A DNA stretch of 64,000 nt, taken from positions 9,424,001-9,488,000 of the forward strand of contig OX597815.1 of assembly GCA_951406725.2 (NCBI GenBank). Reading direction: 5' to 3'. Numbering within the stretch: the first letter of the stretch is position 1; every line of letters starts with the position of its first letter. Of this stretch, positions 39,131 to 52,424 are shown piece by piece. Under the pieces are notes generated by a model that was not told the DNA's origin, made no database searches, and saw nothing but the letters and a program-made list of their open reading frames with translations. This stretch comes from Octopus vulgaris. Its lineage: Eukaryota. A program made the translations under genes and the position numbers.

Positions 39131-39959
39131 GGCATTTCATTGTAAAAATAAAATGAATTGAAGACACTTTCAATAGGTTGTTAGCATCATTCGGTTGAGA
39201 TGCGTTACTGAAATCGTACCCATGGTTACACAATCATATTTATACATAATGTGTCAATAAAAAAAAAAAGAGAAAAGAAAAATAGAAACGGAAAAGACCT
39301 TCATTTGTTTATTTGTGGAAGAAGAATCTACCAGAATTTGAAATGATGTTGTTTAATTTAATTCCCTGCAGACATCGCTGACACAGTTTGTATGATGATA
39401 ATGAAGGTGAGTACCAATTTTTTGTTGGTTTTATAATACCTAGGTGACATTTTGTGACACGGAATTTATTTGGTTCGTAGTAAATCGAGGACAGAATGGA
39501 AGAAAACATTGGCATTTCATTCAAATTAACTATTCTGACATTTATTGTTGAAAAAAGTCTATATTTTGCCGAAGGAATGTTCAACTACAGCAAGAAAGAC
39601 ATTAATTTTTAAACACGTTCTACACTTAAACCATGACGTCTTAAATCGGAAGTAATTTTAGAACTGTCATGTTGTTATACTAATAAGACTTGCCTATTTA
39701 GATTCTATCCGGAACTTAACGGAGACGCCGGTCAATTTTGTTTTTAGATAACAAAACTTGTTGACTTCAAGCTATTTTAAGCTAAGACACGAGCGTTCAT
39801 GGTAAAATGAAGTCGATCAACATGACTTAATACTTCCATTTTACGAGCAAGAATTTGTGCTGCTGATGAAGGATTCGTAATAACAGAGGGAAAATAGTAT
39901 AGTATAGTTGAACAGTTACTTATTAATATTTGAGGAGAAGAATTGCTGGCAAATCAGAT

Positions 39960-40315
39960 GGCAAGAGTTGTATATAACTTTGCCAGACATTCTCAGGTTA
40001 ATGTGTCGAAACAGCACAGCTCCCATGACATTTGGAAACATTTTTTCACGCCTAGAGTTGCTGAAGTATGGAACAAACTGCCGGCATCAGTTGTTAGTTG
40101 TCGGAGCACTGCATCCTTCAAAACTTCCATGCTTCCTGAGATTCGCCAACACTACACCTGATCTTTCTCCCCTCCATACACACGCAAGCATGTATCTGAC
40201 TCATACACTGTTCACTTCCCAGACATTTGTACATTACTGCATATGCTTTATACGCACTTTTGACAAGTTGTGGCGCATCTGAGCACTGCATACCATAATT
40301 CATTATTATTATTAT
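39960..40315 (+). mobile_element. CR1-type LINE 3' end with UTR and (ATT)n tail
   Basis: WKHFFTPRVAEVWNKLPASVVSCRSTASFK signature. Confidence 0.8.
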
Positions 40316-40478
40316 TTTAAACGTTCAGTTTAAGCATATGTAGGTCAACAACAATACGAAAATCTGATGTTTATAGAATTGTAAGACTGATGTGTATATA
40401 TAACACTGTGTAACACGAGTTTTGTGTTTGAGTAACAACTGTTATTTGATATTTGCTTACCCCTAGAAAATATGAAAA

Positions 40479-40770
40479 ATGGCTAATGTTTCCATCAAAC
40501 TTTGCTTTTGTTACATTTATTCAAATCCCACACATAGCTTTAGTGCTCCCTCATGATCAGAGACGCGCATATTGTCGTCCACCAAGGGACTTGCTCACGT
40601 GGTCAAGTAACTGATAAGCAAATCTGTGGTATTGAGCAGAATATTTGCTATAACGATTGTTTCTGCTTCAGCAACTCCGTGCTGAATCTGTCTGAAATGG
40701 AAAATGGGTCAGTTTCAGAACATTAATGTCCAAGTCACAAAAGCAAAGTTTGAAGGGAACAGTAGTCATG
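40479..40770. mobile_element. MITE-like element with ~33-bp imperfect terminal inverted repeats
   Basis: atggctaatgtttccatcaaactttgcttttgt / acaaaagcaaagtttgaagggaacagtagtcat. Confidence 0.5.
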
Positions 40771-41334
40771 TCCTTTAATTTCTGGATAGAAGCAAATAAA
40801 GGAACTAACACTTACTGGTCAGACAAAAAATTAGAATTTTGTTACACAGTATAATTATTGACCTAATGTATATAAAATGTATATAGGTGTTAACCTGATT
40901 TACACACGCACATACACGCACACGCACGCGCGCGTGCACACACACACCAAGAGCTGTTAACCTGGTGTATATTGGGATCTATAAAAGAGGCATTCAATTT
41001 GAACATTTGTAGATTGACGTCTGTAGATAATGTAAGTGAGGAGAAGAATTAGGAAAGAAAAGACTGCGTAAAGGACTTTAAGAGATGAAATACATTGGGA
41101 GCGGCCGGAGGGAGTGGCTTTATTGGGTGGGGGAGTCGGGAAAGAAGATTAGCAGCTACCGAGTTCATAAGAGTAGAAACCGGTATGATAAAGAGAAAAG
41201 CGTAAAAAAGAAGTAGAAGGTTCAGGGGAAACAGTAAAGTGATGGTGTATGTAGAGGGTTGAATGAGTGAATCTGTGAGGAGGCTTTGGGATAAGATCTT
41301 GAACGTTTGTATGTCTATAACAGCTTCAACACCG

Positions 41335-41510
41335 TCCCATACATATGAGCAGTTCTCTACCGTGTGTAGATATAAGTAGGAGCACCATTCTTTTAGATTT
41401 AAGCAGTATTCCAATGTGTGTGCATACAATACGAGCACCATTCTATGGATGTGAGCAGCGCCCCGATGTGTGTGCATACAATAGCACCGTTCTATAGATT
41501 TGAGTTGCAC
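41335..41510 (+). repeat. Degenerate ~52-bp minisatellite; inverse copy at 56557-56673
   Basis: gagcaccattct...gatgtgagcag...atgtgtgtgcatacaata repeated about three times. Confidence 0.6.
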
Positions 41511-41622
41511 ATAGATATATATATATACATACATGCTTATTACCTTTGTATGGTATTTATTCCCATGCTGGCCACTTGATAAGATCGATATTTAAATATC
41601 GATAATATCCTTATTTATAAAT

Positions 41623-41672
<50 letters not shown>

Positions 41673-42385
41673 TTACAGAAAAATGTGGCTGTACATCCTC
41701 ACTTCACAACAATAGTTAACCTTAAGAGTGTAGGCTCTTGTTCTCTGAACCAGAACGATAAACTGATCCCCAAATTTAATCTCCTTATAACAACATTTGT
41801 CGTTTGATACCAGACAAAGGCCATTCCCAATAATTTACCATTCCTCTTACAATTCCAAGGAAATCTCAAGATAATGCGAACGCGAAATAAGATTAAGGAA
41901 TGTCCCAATCTATTCATACTTGCACGTATCATAGTTCTAACTTTCTAATATAATTCCTTTATTTCTAAATGTGCTTCGAAAGTTACACTTTACCCTACCA
42001 ACACACATTTGTCCGAGGTCAACGTACCTTTATATAAACTGCAAACAATTTAATCTACTTAACAATCATGAACAGTCTAACACGAACCGAAACTTTGTGT
42101 AGACTGCTACCTTTTGATATACGCATCTCACACAGAGCCACACGCACACACGTGCACACATACGTCCCTTTGTATGTAGGAAGTACGAATGTATGCATAT
42201 TGTTAACCTATGTGATCATTGCTGTATTTTCATGAGAATCTGTCATTACTCAACCCTGGCTGAAGATTAATTTCGGTTGATGTAACACTGCGATGTAACA
42301 GAAGGAAAGCAATAGTTCATTTTTCTACATATAACTGTGTTAAAGATGAATTTTTACCCTTTATTTAAAATCATATAAACATATA

Positions 42386-42547
42386 GGCGCAGGAGTGGGT
42401 GTGTGGTAAGTAGCTTGCTAACCAACCACATGGTTCCGGGTTCAGTCCCACTGCGTGGCATCTTGGGCAAGTGTCTTCTGCTATAGCCCCGGGCCGACCA
42501 ATGCCTTGTGAGTGGATTTGGTAGATAGAAACTGAAAGAAGCCTGTC

Positions 42548-42589
<42 letters not shown>

Positions 42590-42808
42590 TTGTGTGTCTG
42601 TGTTTGTCCCCTTAGCATCGCTTGACAACCGATGCTGGTGTGTTTACGTCCCCGTCACTTAGCGGTTCGGCAAAAAAGAGATTGATAGAATAAGTACTGG
42701 GCTTACAAAGAATAAGTCCCGGGGTCGAGTTGCTCGATTAAAGGCGGTGCTCCAGCATGGCCGCAGTCAAATGACTGAAACAAGTAAAAGAGAAAAAGAG
42801 AAAGAGAG
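42386..42808 (+). mobile_element. SINE family A, full length
   Basis: Matches 7764-8175. Confidence 0.9.
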
Positions 42809-43366
42809 ATTGACCATAGCTCTTAATTTCTAATTAGTGACAGAACACTCTCAGTAAATATATACTTTGTTTAGACGAATAACACTAGCCCATAGGTTGT
42901 ATTCATTCATCATTTTGTCTTCTGAGTAGCTTTTAAGTTTTATTAACCTAGTACACTAGAGTACTCTATTTCACTGCATCAGTAGTGCAGTTTTCGGCAG
43001 TTTGTCTTGCTCCATTTATTTTTACATTTTGTCACTTTGTATGAAGTGCACGTGGTTTCCCTTTTATGTAGCTTGGTTTCAAACGAATCTGACTTTAGTC
43101 AACACCGGATGAAGAATCAGAGTGATGATGAAACATTACGAAGTAGCCGAAGGAAAATTAGTGAGTAGTTTTCATTAGATGAAATTGTTTCCGTATATTT
43201 AAATTGGATTAGACGTGGTCACATCTCTTATTAATTACAAAGTACTTTTAGTGATTAAAGGCAACATTTGGATGAATGAAGGGCATATGCCCTTCTATTT
43301 ACCATACATGTAAGTTAGAAATAACTTCAATACATTTGAAGTTCAAGAAAATGTTCTTTATAACTT

Positions 43367-43658
43367 GTTGTTTGTTCCTTCTCGAGCCACGCCTGGCTCA
43401 TAAGGGCCGGTTTCCCGGTTTCCTTGGCGTATAGATTCCCCACCTGGACGGGACACCGGTCCGTCACAGGTGAGCTGCAAGATGCTGGAGGAAAGAGTGA
43501 GAGAAAGAGTCAGCAGAAGTTCGCCATTACCTTCTGCCGAAGCCGCGTGGAGCTTAGGTCTTTCGCTCATAAAAACATATCGCCTGGTCTGAGATTCGAA
43601 CCCGCAATCCCTCGACCGCGAGTCCGCTGCTCTAACCACTTGGCCATGTGCCTACACA
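43367..43658 (-). mobile_element. SINE family D: C-like head with a V-domain-like 3' half, 13-bp TSD
   Basis: TSD ttctttataactt; minus strand has CCTGTGACGGACCGGTGTCCCGTCCAGG, resembling the V-SINE domain; short (CAA) tail. Confidence 0.8.
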
Positions 43659-44649
43659 TTCTTTATAACTTATATCATACAAATTAAATCTGAGATGGTT
43701 ATCCCTACTTAATAATATTGAACCAATAAAGTATTTAAGAGATTAGGAGTTTAAAGCATTGAATCAGGGTAACAAAGTTTAATCTGAATTTAATATCTTG
43801 AAGATTTATTTTTGTTTTGAAAATAAAATAAAAATCTAAATTAAAAGTTTTGGGGATTAAGAAATGTAAAAATATTTTGTTCACCTTGGGATCAGCGACT
43901 TTGTTGAGAAATAATTATTTTAAATAATGATGAAGAGAGTGATGATATGATAAAAATGATATCAAAAATAACAACAGTAATACATTATTAATTTATTACC
44001 TTATTGAATTATTAAATAAGAGTAACATAAATAGAACGAAATTCAATTCGCATTTGAATGTTTTTATGTTGTAAGGTACGTCGCCTTGTGTTAAACAGAA
44101 AAAATAAAACAATAGCAAAGATGTTATTAATAACCTTGTAACACAGGAACAGTATTAACACTAATAATAGCTCTAAGTTGTGAAATAGTGTAAGAAGAGA
44201 AAGAAATGAGTAAAAAAGGGCGAAAAGGAACCACAGGGAGTGTTAGAGCAGATTTATAAAGCCATGCTAATGGTGGAATTGCAGTAAATAGGGACGAGAT
44301 TGGGAATAACTACAAGTTGATTAATTATGTGGAAAATGAAATTATGGTTCAGTTTGGGGATAATCTATAACACAGAAAATAAGAATATGTAAGGAACAGA
44401 AATACTAGAGTTGTTAATGTAACGTACAGGTCCTTCGAGGAATATGAGCTAAATCATATCCTACCGTCTCAGGAGAGTAGGACGGCACATTACATAACAA
44501 AGTGCGAGATGTCACCACTGAAATAGATTAGTTAATTAATTAATTAATGAATAAGAGTAAAAAAAAAGGCATTGTTGTTACTGGAAGTCTTTGTATCGTA
44601 CGTCTTCTTGATGAAAACTGACTTAGAACTAACCCAAAACCATTAGCAA

Positions 44650-45032
44650 TCTCTCTCTATATAAACGGCAGTTTGTCTGTGCGTGTTTCTGTGTGTCTGT
44701 TTGCTTGTACCCTCACCCTGACCACGGCTTTCAACCGATTCTGATAAAACTTGACACACACATAGCCCAATGTCATAATTCAAAACTAACGTAGCGAAAA
44801 TTTTGAAAAGTTCCCCCAGTTATGAAAAAAATCGATAAATTCGACATGGGGTCGAGAATCAGAAACACAAACCGCAAACTGTCTAGGGGACGCAACTCCA
44901 CCTTTTTCACTCTAAAAAAAAATTTACCATCATTTTTTTCCATTATTTTGCTATTTTTTGGCTATAACTCTCTAAAAATGCTGTATAGTTATTTCCCTTA
45001 CAAACCTGAGCAACGCCGGGCGATACTGCTAG
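44650..45032 (+). mobile_element. Non-autonomous Helitron
   Basis: A|TCTCTCTCTATATAAA...CCTGAGCAACGCCGGGCGATACTGCTAG|T. Confidence 0.85.
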
Positions 45033-45518
45033 TATGAAATAAATAATTCTATTTAAGAAACACAAACTTAGAAACATTTTCTTTAGTATCTATAAACATA
45101 TGACCCCAGTTAACTATCAACGACGTCCTTTGACCTCTTCAGAAGAGCATCTGTAAGTACTGGTATAAAAAGACGTCTGCTTTTCTATCGAATTCGTGTA
45201 AAATAAAACTCGGGCCTCTTAACGGTTGATTATTGAATTCGTATCAAAAGTGCCAAGAAACTAATCACTTTTCAATGACTTTATCAATTAACTTTATATG
45301 TTGTGTCCTTCCCCCCAACTTCCACCTCCCACTTGTTCTCTTTTTGTATTGATCTGATCAATTTTCTATCCCGCCCTTAACCTCATTTTATTTTATGTCT
45401 TCATTTGGAGATCAATTCATTCTAACCAGCTGACACTAATTATATAAGGTGTCAGACCAACTCTTAGAACTGCAGAATGAAGTAAACGATAGGAAAAAAA
45501 ATGACATAAATGAAAAGA

Positions 45519-45721
<203 letters not shown>

Positions 45722-45950
45722 GGCGAGTTGGTTGAAACATTAGCACACTGGGCGAAGTGCTTAGCGGTATTTCTTCTGTCGTCACGTTCTGAGTTCAAAT
45801 TCCGCCGAGGTCGACTTTGCCTTTTATCCTTTCGGGGTCGATAAATAAAAGTACCAGTTTCGCACTGGGGTCGATGTAATCGACTTAATCCCTTTGTCTG
45901 TCTTTGTTTGTCCTCTCTATGTTTAACCCCTTGTGGGCAATAAAGAAATA
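45722..45950 (+). mobile_element. SINE family B monomer between (TA)n/(TAA)n and (TA)n
   Basis: Matches family B. Confidence 0.88.
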
Positions 45951-46289
45951 TATATATATATAGCTTGCTGCGCATTTTATTGGAGATTTAAGTTCCTGGA
46001 TTTTCCTGAAGAGAAAGCTGCAAAATGGTCTCCTTATTCAATCCGAATTAGGGACTTTGCAGCCTTTGAAACATATGTAGAAAATAATAAAAAGGAATTT
46101 TGTAAAATCTTCGTTCAGCTCCATTTCTTCCCTCACTAAATATATAAAACTTCAAATTTCCGCACTAAGGCACGGTTTTGAGACCCCATGGTCGTAACCT
46201 CAACCGTGATTTTTCTGTTGTGATTTTTGCTACCCAGGTATCGGTTATAATTTGAATAATCCGTAACAGGATAATTCATTTATCCATTT

Positions 46290-46407
<118 letters not shown>

Positions 46408-46497
46408 ATAAAACGGTAAGATAACAAAAGAAAGAAAGAGACCTCAATATTATGTAAATAGAGGAAATTTATCTATACAATATGTTACATTACTCGG

Positions 46498-46571
46498 TAG
46501 TCAAGATAAAACTCTGAGTTTCAGATGCCGAAGTGGAAATCCACAACACCATCTCTTCGGTTATCTGGCTA
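46498..46571 (-). ncRNA. Type I hammerhead-like fold, left arm copy
   Basis: Mirror of 48207-48280. Confidence 0.6.
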
Positions 46572-47453
46572 TTTGAAAACGTTATGAAAAAATACCGTTA
46601 AAAATGAAGGGAAATTACTCTGTTATAACTCTGCTTTGCCTGCGTACTTATACATCGCTCGCATTTTTCGTCATAAAAATTATATAAAAATACATAAAAA
46701 TATATAAAAATATATAAAAATATATAAAATCTTCTTGGGACATAACACAGAAAGCATGTTCTATCCGTTTTCTTTAGGGGACCAAAAACGTAACAGAAAT
46801 TTAGTCACATGTGGGCATGATCCGAAAAGTTCTGTCCTTGTATTTAGACATGTGGTAGGGTCTAAGCTGCTTTTCCAGATAAGCCATCTCTCCATGTCGC
46901 ATAAACCGCACCTTCCGCTGCCGTTAGTATAGGGCTTACATCTGGCCAAAATCTTCCATTGTATGTTATAATCGACACCTTTATCTCTTAAAGACCAAAT
47001 ATGATTGGATAATTGTGTCGCTTTTCTTTTGTTCCAGTGCCTAAAGCTCAAAGTGTGGTTATTGAACCTGGCCTTGAAATTACCCTCTGTCAGGCCCACG
47101 TATTTCTTCGTCAAAACGGTGTCTTTAGTGGTTATAGAGTTTACGGTAGCTTCATATATGATGGTCTTGGACATGCAAGCTCCATTTAGCGGGCACAATT
47201 CTTTATTCCTGCATGAACAGCTGTTTTCTTCTTGTGTTTTTTGTATGTTATGATTGATTATGTTTTTAAAATTGGTAGTTGAACTAAAACTAATTTTTTA
47301 AATTGTGTCTATTGAAGAGTTTCCTATAAGCATGGTTAACTGGAAAATGTCTATCTATCAGTGCTAGGAAATATTTACCTATATTGAAGGCCACCTCGGG
47401 TGAGTAAGGGGGCGTAAACCAGATGACCTTCCTATTTCTATTATTCCTTTTCC

Positions 47454-48017
47454 TTGTTACTCTTCAATAGACACAATTTAAAAATTAGTTTTAGTTCAAC
47501 TACCAATTTTAAAAACATAATCAATCATAACATACAAAAAACACAAGAAGAAAACAGCTGTTCATGCAGGAATAAAGAATTGTGCCCGCTAAATGGAGCT
47601 TGCATGTCCAAGACCATCATATATGAAGCTACCGTAAACTCTATAACCACTAAAGACACCGTTTTGACGAAGAAATACGTGGGCCTGACAGAGGGTAATT
47701 TCAAGGCCAGGTTCAATAACCACACTTTGAGCTTTAGGCACTGGAACAAAAGAAAAGCGACACAATTATCCAATCATATTTGGTCTTTAAGAGATAAAGG
47801 TGTCGATTATAACATACAATGGAAGATTTTGGCCAGATGTAAGCCCTATACTAACGGCAGCGGAAGGTGCGGTTTATGCGACATGGAGAGATGGCTTATC
47901 TGGAAAAGCAGCTTAGACCCTACCACATGTCTAAATACAAGGACAGAACTTTTCGGATCATGCCCACATGTGACTAAATTTCTGTTACGTTTTTGGTCCC
48001 CTAAAGAAAACGGATAG
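47454..48017 (+). CDS. PLE C-terminal Cys-rich linker plus GIY-YIG endonuclease (truncated transposon ORF)
   Basis: CSCRNKELCPLNGAC linker, IIY...YVG, FKARFNNH, CGLC..E, LN. Confidence 0.8.
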   Translation: MLLFNRHNLKISFSSTTNFKNIINHNIQKTQEENSCSCRNKELCPLNGACMSKTIIYEATVNSITTKDTVLTKKYVGLTEGNFKARFNNHTLSFRHWNKRKATQLSNHIWSLRDKGVDYNIQWKILARCKPYTNGSGRCGLCDMERWLIWKSSLDPTTCLNTRTELFGSCPHVTKFLLRFWSPKENG

Positions 48018-48206
48018 AACATGCTTTCTGTGTTATGTCCCAAGAAGATTTTATATATTTTTATATATTTTTATATATTTTTATGTATTTTTATATAATT
48101 TTTATGACGAAAAATGCGAGCGATGTATAAGTACGCAGGCAAAGCAGAGTTATAACAGAGTAATTTCCCTTCATTTTTAACGGTATTTTTTCATAACGTT
48201 TTCAAA

Positions 48207-48280
48207 TAGCCAGATAACCGAAGAGATGGTGTTGTGGATTTCCACTTCGGCATCTGAAACTCAGAGTTTTATCTTGACTA
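48207..48280 (+). ncRNA. Type I hammerhead-like fold in the PLE terminal region
   Basis: Stem I AGATAA/TTATCT, core CCGAAGA, stem II GATG/CATC, GAAA, stem III CTC/GAG. Confidence 0.6.
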
Positions 48281-48303
48281 CCGAGTAATGTAACATATTG
48301 TAT

Positions 48304-48381
<78 letters not shown>

Positions 48382-48385
<4 letters not shown>

Positions 48386-49970
48386 AAACAAGTCAAAAAT
48401 AGAAAATGCTAAAATAATTTTATAGTGAACATTTCAGTACCGGTTTCGGTCATTTTGAGACCTTTTCAACTGTAACGATTAAATAATTAAATTTAGAAAA
48501 ATTAGAAGAAAAGTTTTTTTTAAAAGAATATTTCTATAGTAGTGTTCAGATTTAAGTGGCATTCTGCCTTTCTCTGACTCCCTTGTTTGCACTTGTGTGT
48601 CGGAGGTCGTTGTAAGTTCTTGGAAGGGTAGTAGAGGAAGAAGGCTGGTGGGGAAAGGGGGATGGGAGAATCTGGGAGTGCCCTGATGGTCGTATTTTGA
48701 ATGGTCAGTGGCGGCTGGCAGTCTCAGTTCAATTCAGGAGAATATTTATATTGACAGGCTTGTTTATAGAATTAGCGTAGGTGTTATACTAAAAAACATT
48801 AGTGACAAAGTTAAGGGGTAGGGGGTGGAGAAGTAGAAGAAGAAGAAGGAGAAGGAGAAGGAGAAGGAGAAGATGACGATGATGGTGATGGTGGTGATGA
48901 TTATGACGACGATGATGATGATAATGATGATGATGAAGAAGAAGGAGGAGAAGGAGAAGATGGTGGTGATGATGGTGGTGATGATGATGACGACGATGAT
49001 GATGATAATGATGATGATGAAGAAGAAGAGGAAGAAGAAGAAGAAGAAAAAAACAGAGAAGGGGGAATATGAATGGGTGTAAGTATAGCTATGAAGGGGC
49101 TGATTAGTAATGGATTCTATGGAGTGTAATATTTGTGTGTGTATATATATTTTTTTCTTTTATTCTAAAGTTGAGGTATATTAATTGTTTGTCGTAGACC
49201 CGTTTAGAAGTGGCTTGTATTTTGTAATAAAGAGATTTTCTTTACTTATTCGTTGTCTCGAGGTTGTATCGTCCCTAAATTGGTAGAGGGGGAAAATTCT
49301 GAAGTTTGGTGTTTTTTTGTTGGCGCAAGTATCTATGTGTTGGCTAAAAGCTATTTTTCTGTTTTGGGGAATTTTTATCTGGGATCTGTGCAGGGCCATT
49401 CGTTTACGCAAACCATTTTTTGTTTGGCCTATGTACTGCTCTTGACACCCGGAGCAGGTTAGTGAGTATATTAGGTTCTCCGAAGCACATGTGAAGTTGC
49501 TTTTCACTGTAAACCGTTGTCCCTGCTTGAAGGAGAACTCTGATCCCTCGATTAGATAGTCGCATATCCCGCAATTGGGTCTTCCACATTTTTTTACTGT
49601 CGGCTTCTGTGTTGAGGAGTGAATTCGGGCTTGTGTAAGGAGACTTTTCATGGATCTAGGCTGTCTTTTGCTTTTTATGATCGTGTGTGTTTGGAGGATT
49701 GTGTTCATTCTGTGGTCTTTTTTTAGGAGGGGTATGTTGTGGAGGATGGTGTCGAAGGCTTCGTTATTGAGAGGGTTGTGTGTGGAGATGTATGGTAAGG
49801 CTTTTGGTTGTAAGTTTTTCTTTGATTTGGGATGTCTCAGTTCCTTGATGTTAAGTTGAAGGGCACGTTGAATGCACTTGTCAATAAGTGAAGGTGGATA
49901 GTTCCCGGTGATTAGGGTATCTTTTAGTTCTTGTAGTCGTGTGTCTCTGGTGTTTGCGTTAGAGACTATA
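48382..49970 (-). mobile_element. Penelope-like element (Neptune-like linker), 5'-truncated, inserted in (TA)n
   Basis: Open frame from ~49970 (RLQELKDTLITGNYPPSLI) through CGRPNCGIC and NLIYSLTCSGCQEQYIGQT...LLN to 49181; 3'UTR with a hammerhead-like motif. Confidence 0.88.
48432..48475 (-). ncRNA. Minimal hammerhead-like motif
   Basis: CAG-TTGAAAA-GGTC(tcaaaat)GACC-GAAACCGGTA-CTG. Confidence 0.6.
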
Positions 49971-50000
49971 GTTAGAGACTATAGAGACTATAGAGACTAT

Positions 50001-50098
<98 letters not shown>

Positions 50099-50443
50099 CA
50101 AGAATTGAAACAGCGTCACGCATTCGAGTAGCTACAGAGCTTTCACATCTTAAAATCATAATAGGAATAGTAACTCTATCACAAACATCATCAACAGCAA
50201 AGGAAACATTCATGTTACCACGATTAACAGCAACATCATCACCAAACCACCAATAATAGCGGTGTAATAATCACAACAACTTCGACAAGAGTGAGAAGAA
50301 TATCCACAAGTGACAACAGCATCGACTAACTAGTACTTGATCCCACCATCTTATGCTGCCAGATATTATGATAAATAGTTTTTAAAATGTCCAAGCGTTT
50401 TAGCTAGATTAACTCTTCTATCAGGCTAAAAGGATAAACTAAG

Positions 50444-50469
<26 letters not shown>

Positions 50470-50482
<13 letters not shown>

Positions 50483-50834
50483 GGCAGTTTGTCTGTGTGT
50501 GTTTCTGTGTGTCTGTTAGGTTGTACCCTCACCCTGACCACGGCTTTCAACCGATTCTGATGAAACTTGACACACACATAGCCCAATGTCATAATTCAAA
50601 ACTAACGCAGCGAAAATTTTGAAAAGTTCCCCCAGTTCTGAAAAAAATCGATAAATTCGACATGGGGTCGAAAATCAGAAACACACACCACAGACTGTCT
50701 AGGGGACGCAACTCGACCTTTTTACCTACAAAAAAGTTACCATCGTTTTTTTTCCATTTTTTGGCTATAACTCTCTAAAAATGCTTTATAGTTATTTCCC
50801 TTACAAACCCGAGCAACGCCGGGTGATACTGCTA

Positions 50835-50835
<1 letters not shown>
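50470..50835 (+). mobile_element. Non-autonomous Helitron, same family as 44650-45032
   Basis: Colinear match; ends CCCGAGCAACGCCGGGTGATACTGCTAG|T; 5' end lost in (TA)n. Confidence 0.85.
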
Positions 50836-50875
<40 letters not shown>

Positions 50876-52424
50876 GAAAAAGAAGTTTGAAAACGCCACT
50901 ATAGAAGATAAATTTTAATTTTCTTAGAAATTTTACGTTTCGGTTCTTCTTGAAAAAAAATGAACCTTATCAAGAATATTTTTAAAAGTTACGTGTAATA
51001 AAAAAGTTCATAATTGTTTCTTACTGGTCTCAACAGAGTCCACGTGGTGGTGTTTTGTGGTGGGGAGTATAATGGCTGTCTTGTGTGTTGACTAGATTCG
51101 TTGGCTGTAGGTGCGGAAAAATATATATATGTACATAGATATATATATATACATCCATGCATGCATACAGACAGATAGATATGTGCATGTATATGCATAT
51201 ATTTTTGTGTGTGTGTGTTGAAATGGAGATGTGCTCCTCTGAGTAAGGAAACGATATTTCCACCGAAATAATTCTCACGTTGTACATCTGAATCAATATA
51301 TTTTTTTGTTGAGCTGATGGCATTTGTTTCAAGTAAACGATGATCATCATTACATGCGAACACACACACAAATACACACACACACACACACACACATACA
51401 CACACACACACACATACACACACACACATACACACACACACACATACACACACACACATACACACACACATACACACACACACACACACACACTCACGCA
51501 TACACACATTCCCACTCACATACATCGTTATGAGTTGGTAATCCAGCCTTGTCTCCAAATCCAAATGTAAGACGAATCAATTCATTCAAAACCGAACCGT
51601 TGACACTATGGATTTCAAGTCTAGAAGTATCATAAGACTAGAAAAGTGGTTCTGTAGAGCATCCGGTGTCCATGCCATTGGAAGCATAGCATTTTACAGG
51701 TTCATAGAATTCGACATTGTGGGCATTCATCCTTCCATATCTAAGTCCTTGCTCCCGAAAACGCCAACATTTCGATATGTAAGTCACCATAATTTCCGAT
51801 TTCAATATCGAAATGAATCCTAGGAAATTTCTGTCATGCTACAACGACTCCTACTGGGTAATGATTGATTGATTGATTCTAGTTTCAGCTTATGAGCTGT
51901 GGCCATGCTGGGGTAAGGAGACGTGCGCCGGTAAACTAATTTATAATTTACACGTTGTCTCAGTAATTTAGTTAAATATTACGTGCTCAAGTACCTAAGA
52001 AAGAGTCAAATAGAGAGAGAGAGAGATAGATGGATAGAGAGAGAGAGAGAGAGAGAGAGAGGAAGAAGGGAGAATGAGGGAGGAAAAGAAAGAGAAAAAG
52101 AAGAAAGGAATAGAGGCGTGATTTATTGTTCTTAATACGCGTACTCGGCAAAATGTTTTGGTGGTCATGGAGGGAATTTTTATGATAATGCGACAGCAGC
52201 GTTGGTGATTGTTAATGGTGTCCATGGTGATGGTCGTGATGGTGATGGTGAGGATGCTGAGTGCTTGAGGTTGAGGTAATAGCAATGTCTGCTTACAAGC
52301 GTTAACTACACTAACGATCAGAACTCACTCTCTCCTCTCTCATCTCTCTATCACACGCACGCACGCACGTACACACACACACACACACACACACTCACAC
52401 ATATATAGACACTACTCACAAAAT

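Noticed and set aside
47454-48017. Selenoprotein-type PLE or domesticated host nuclease
   Set aside because: No in-frame UGA at cysteine positions; the ORF is truncated, lacks a true start and lies within a transposon inversion
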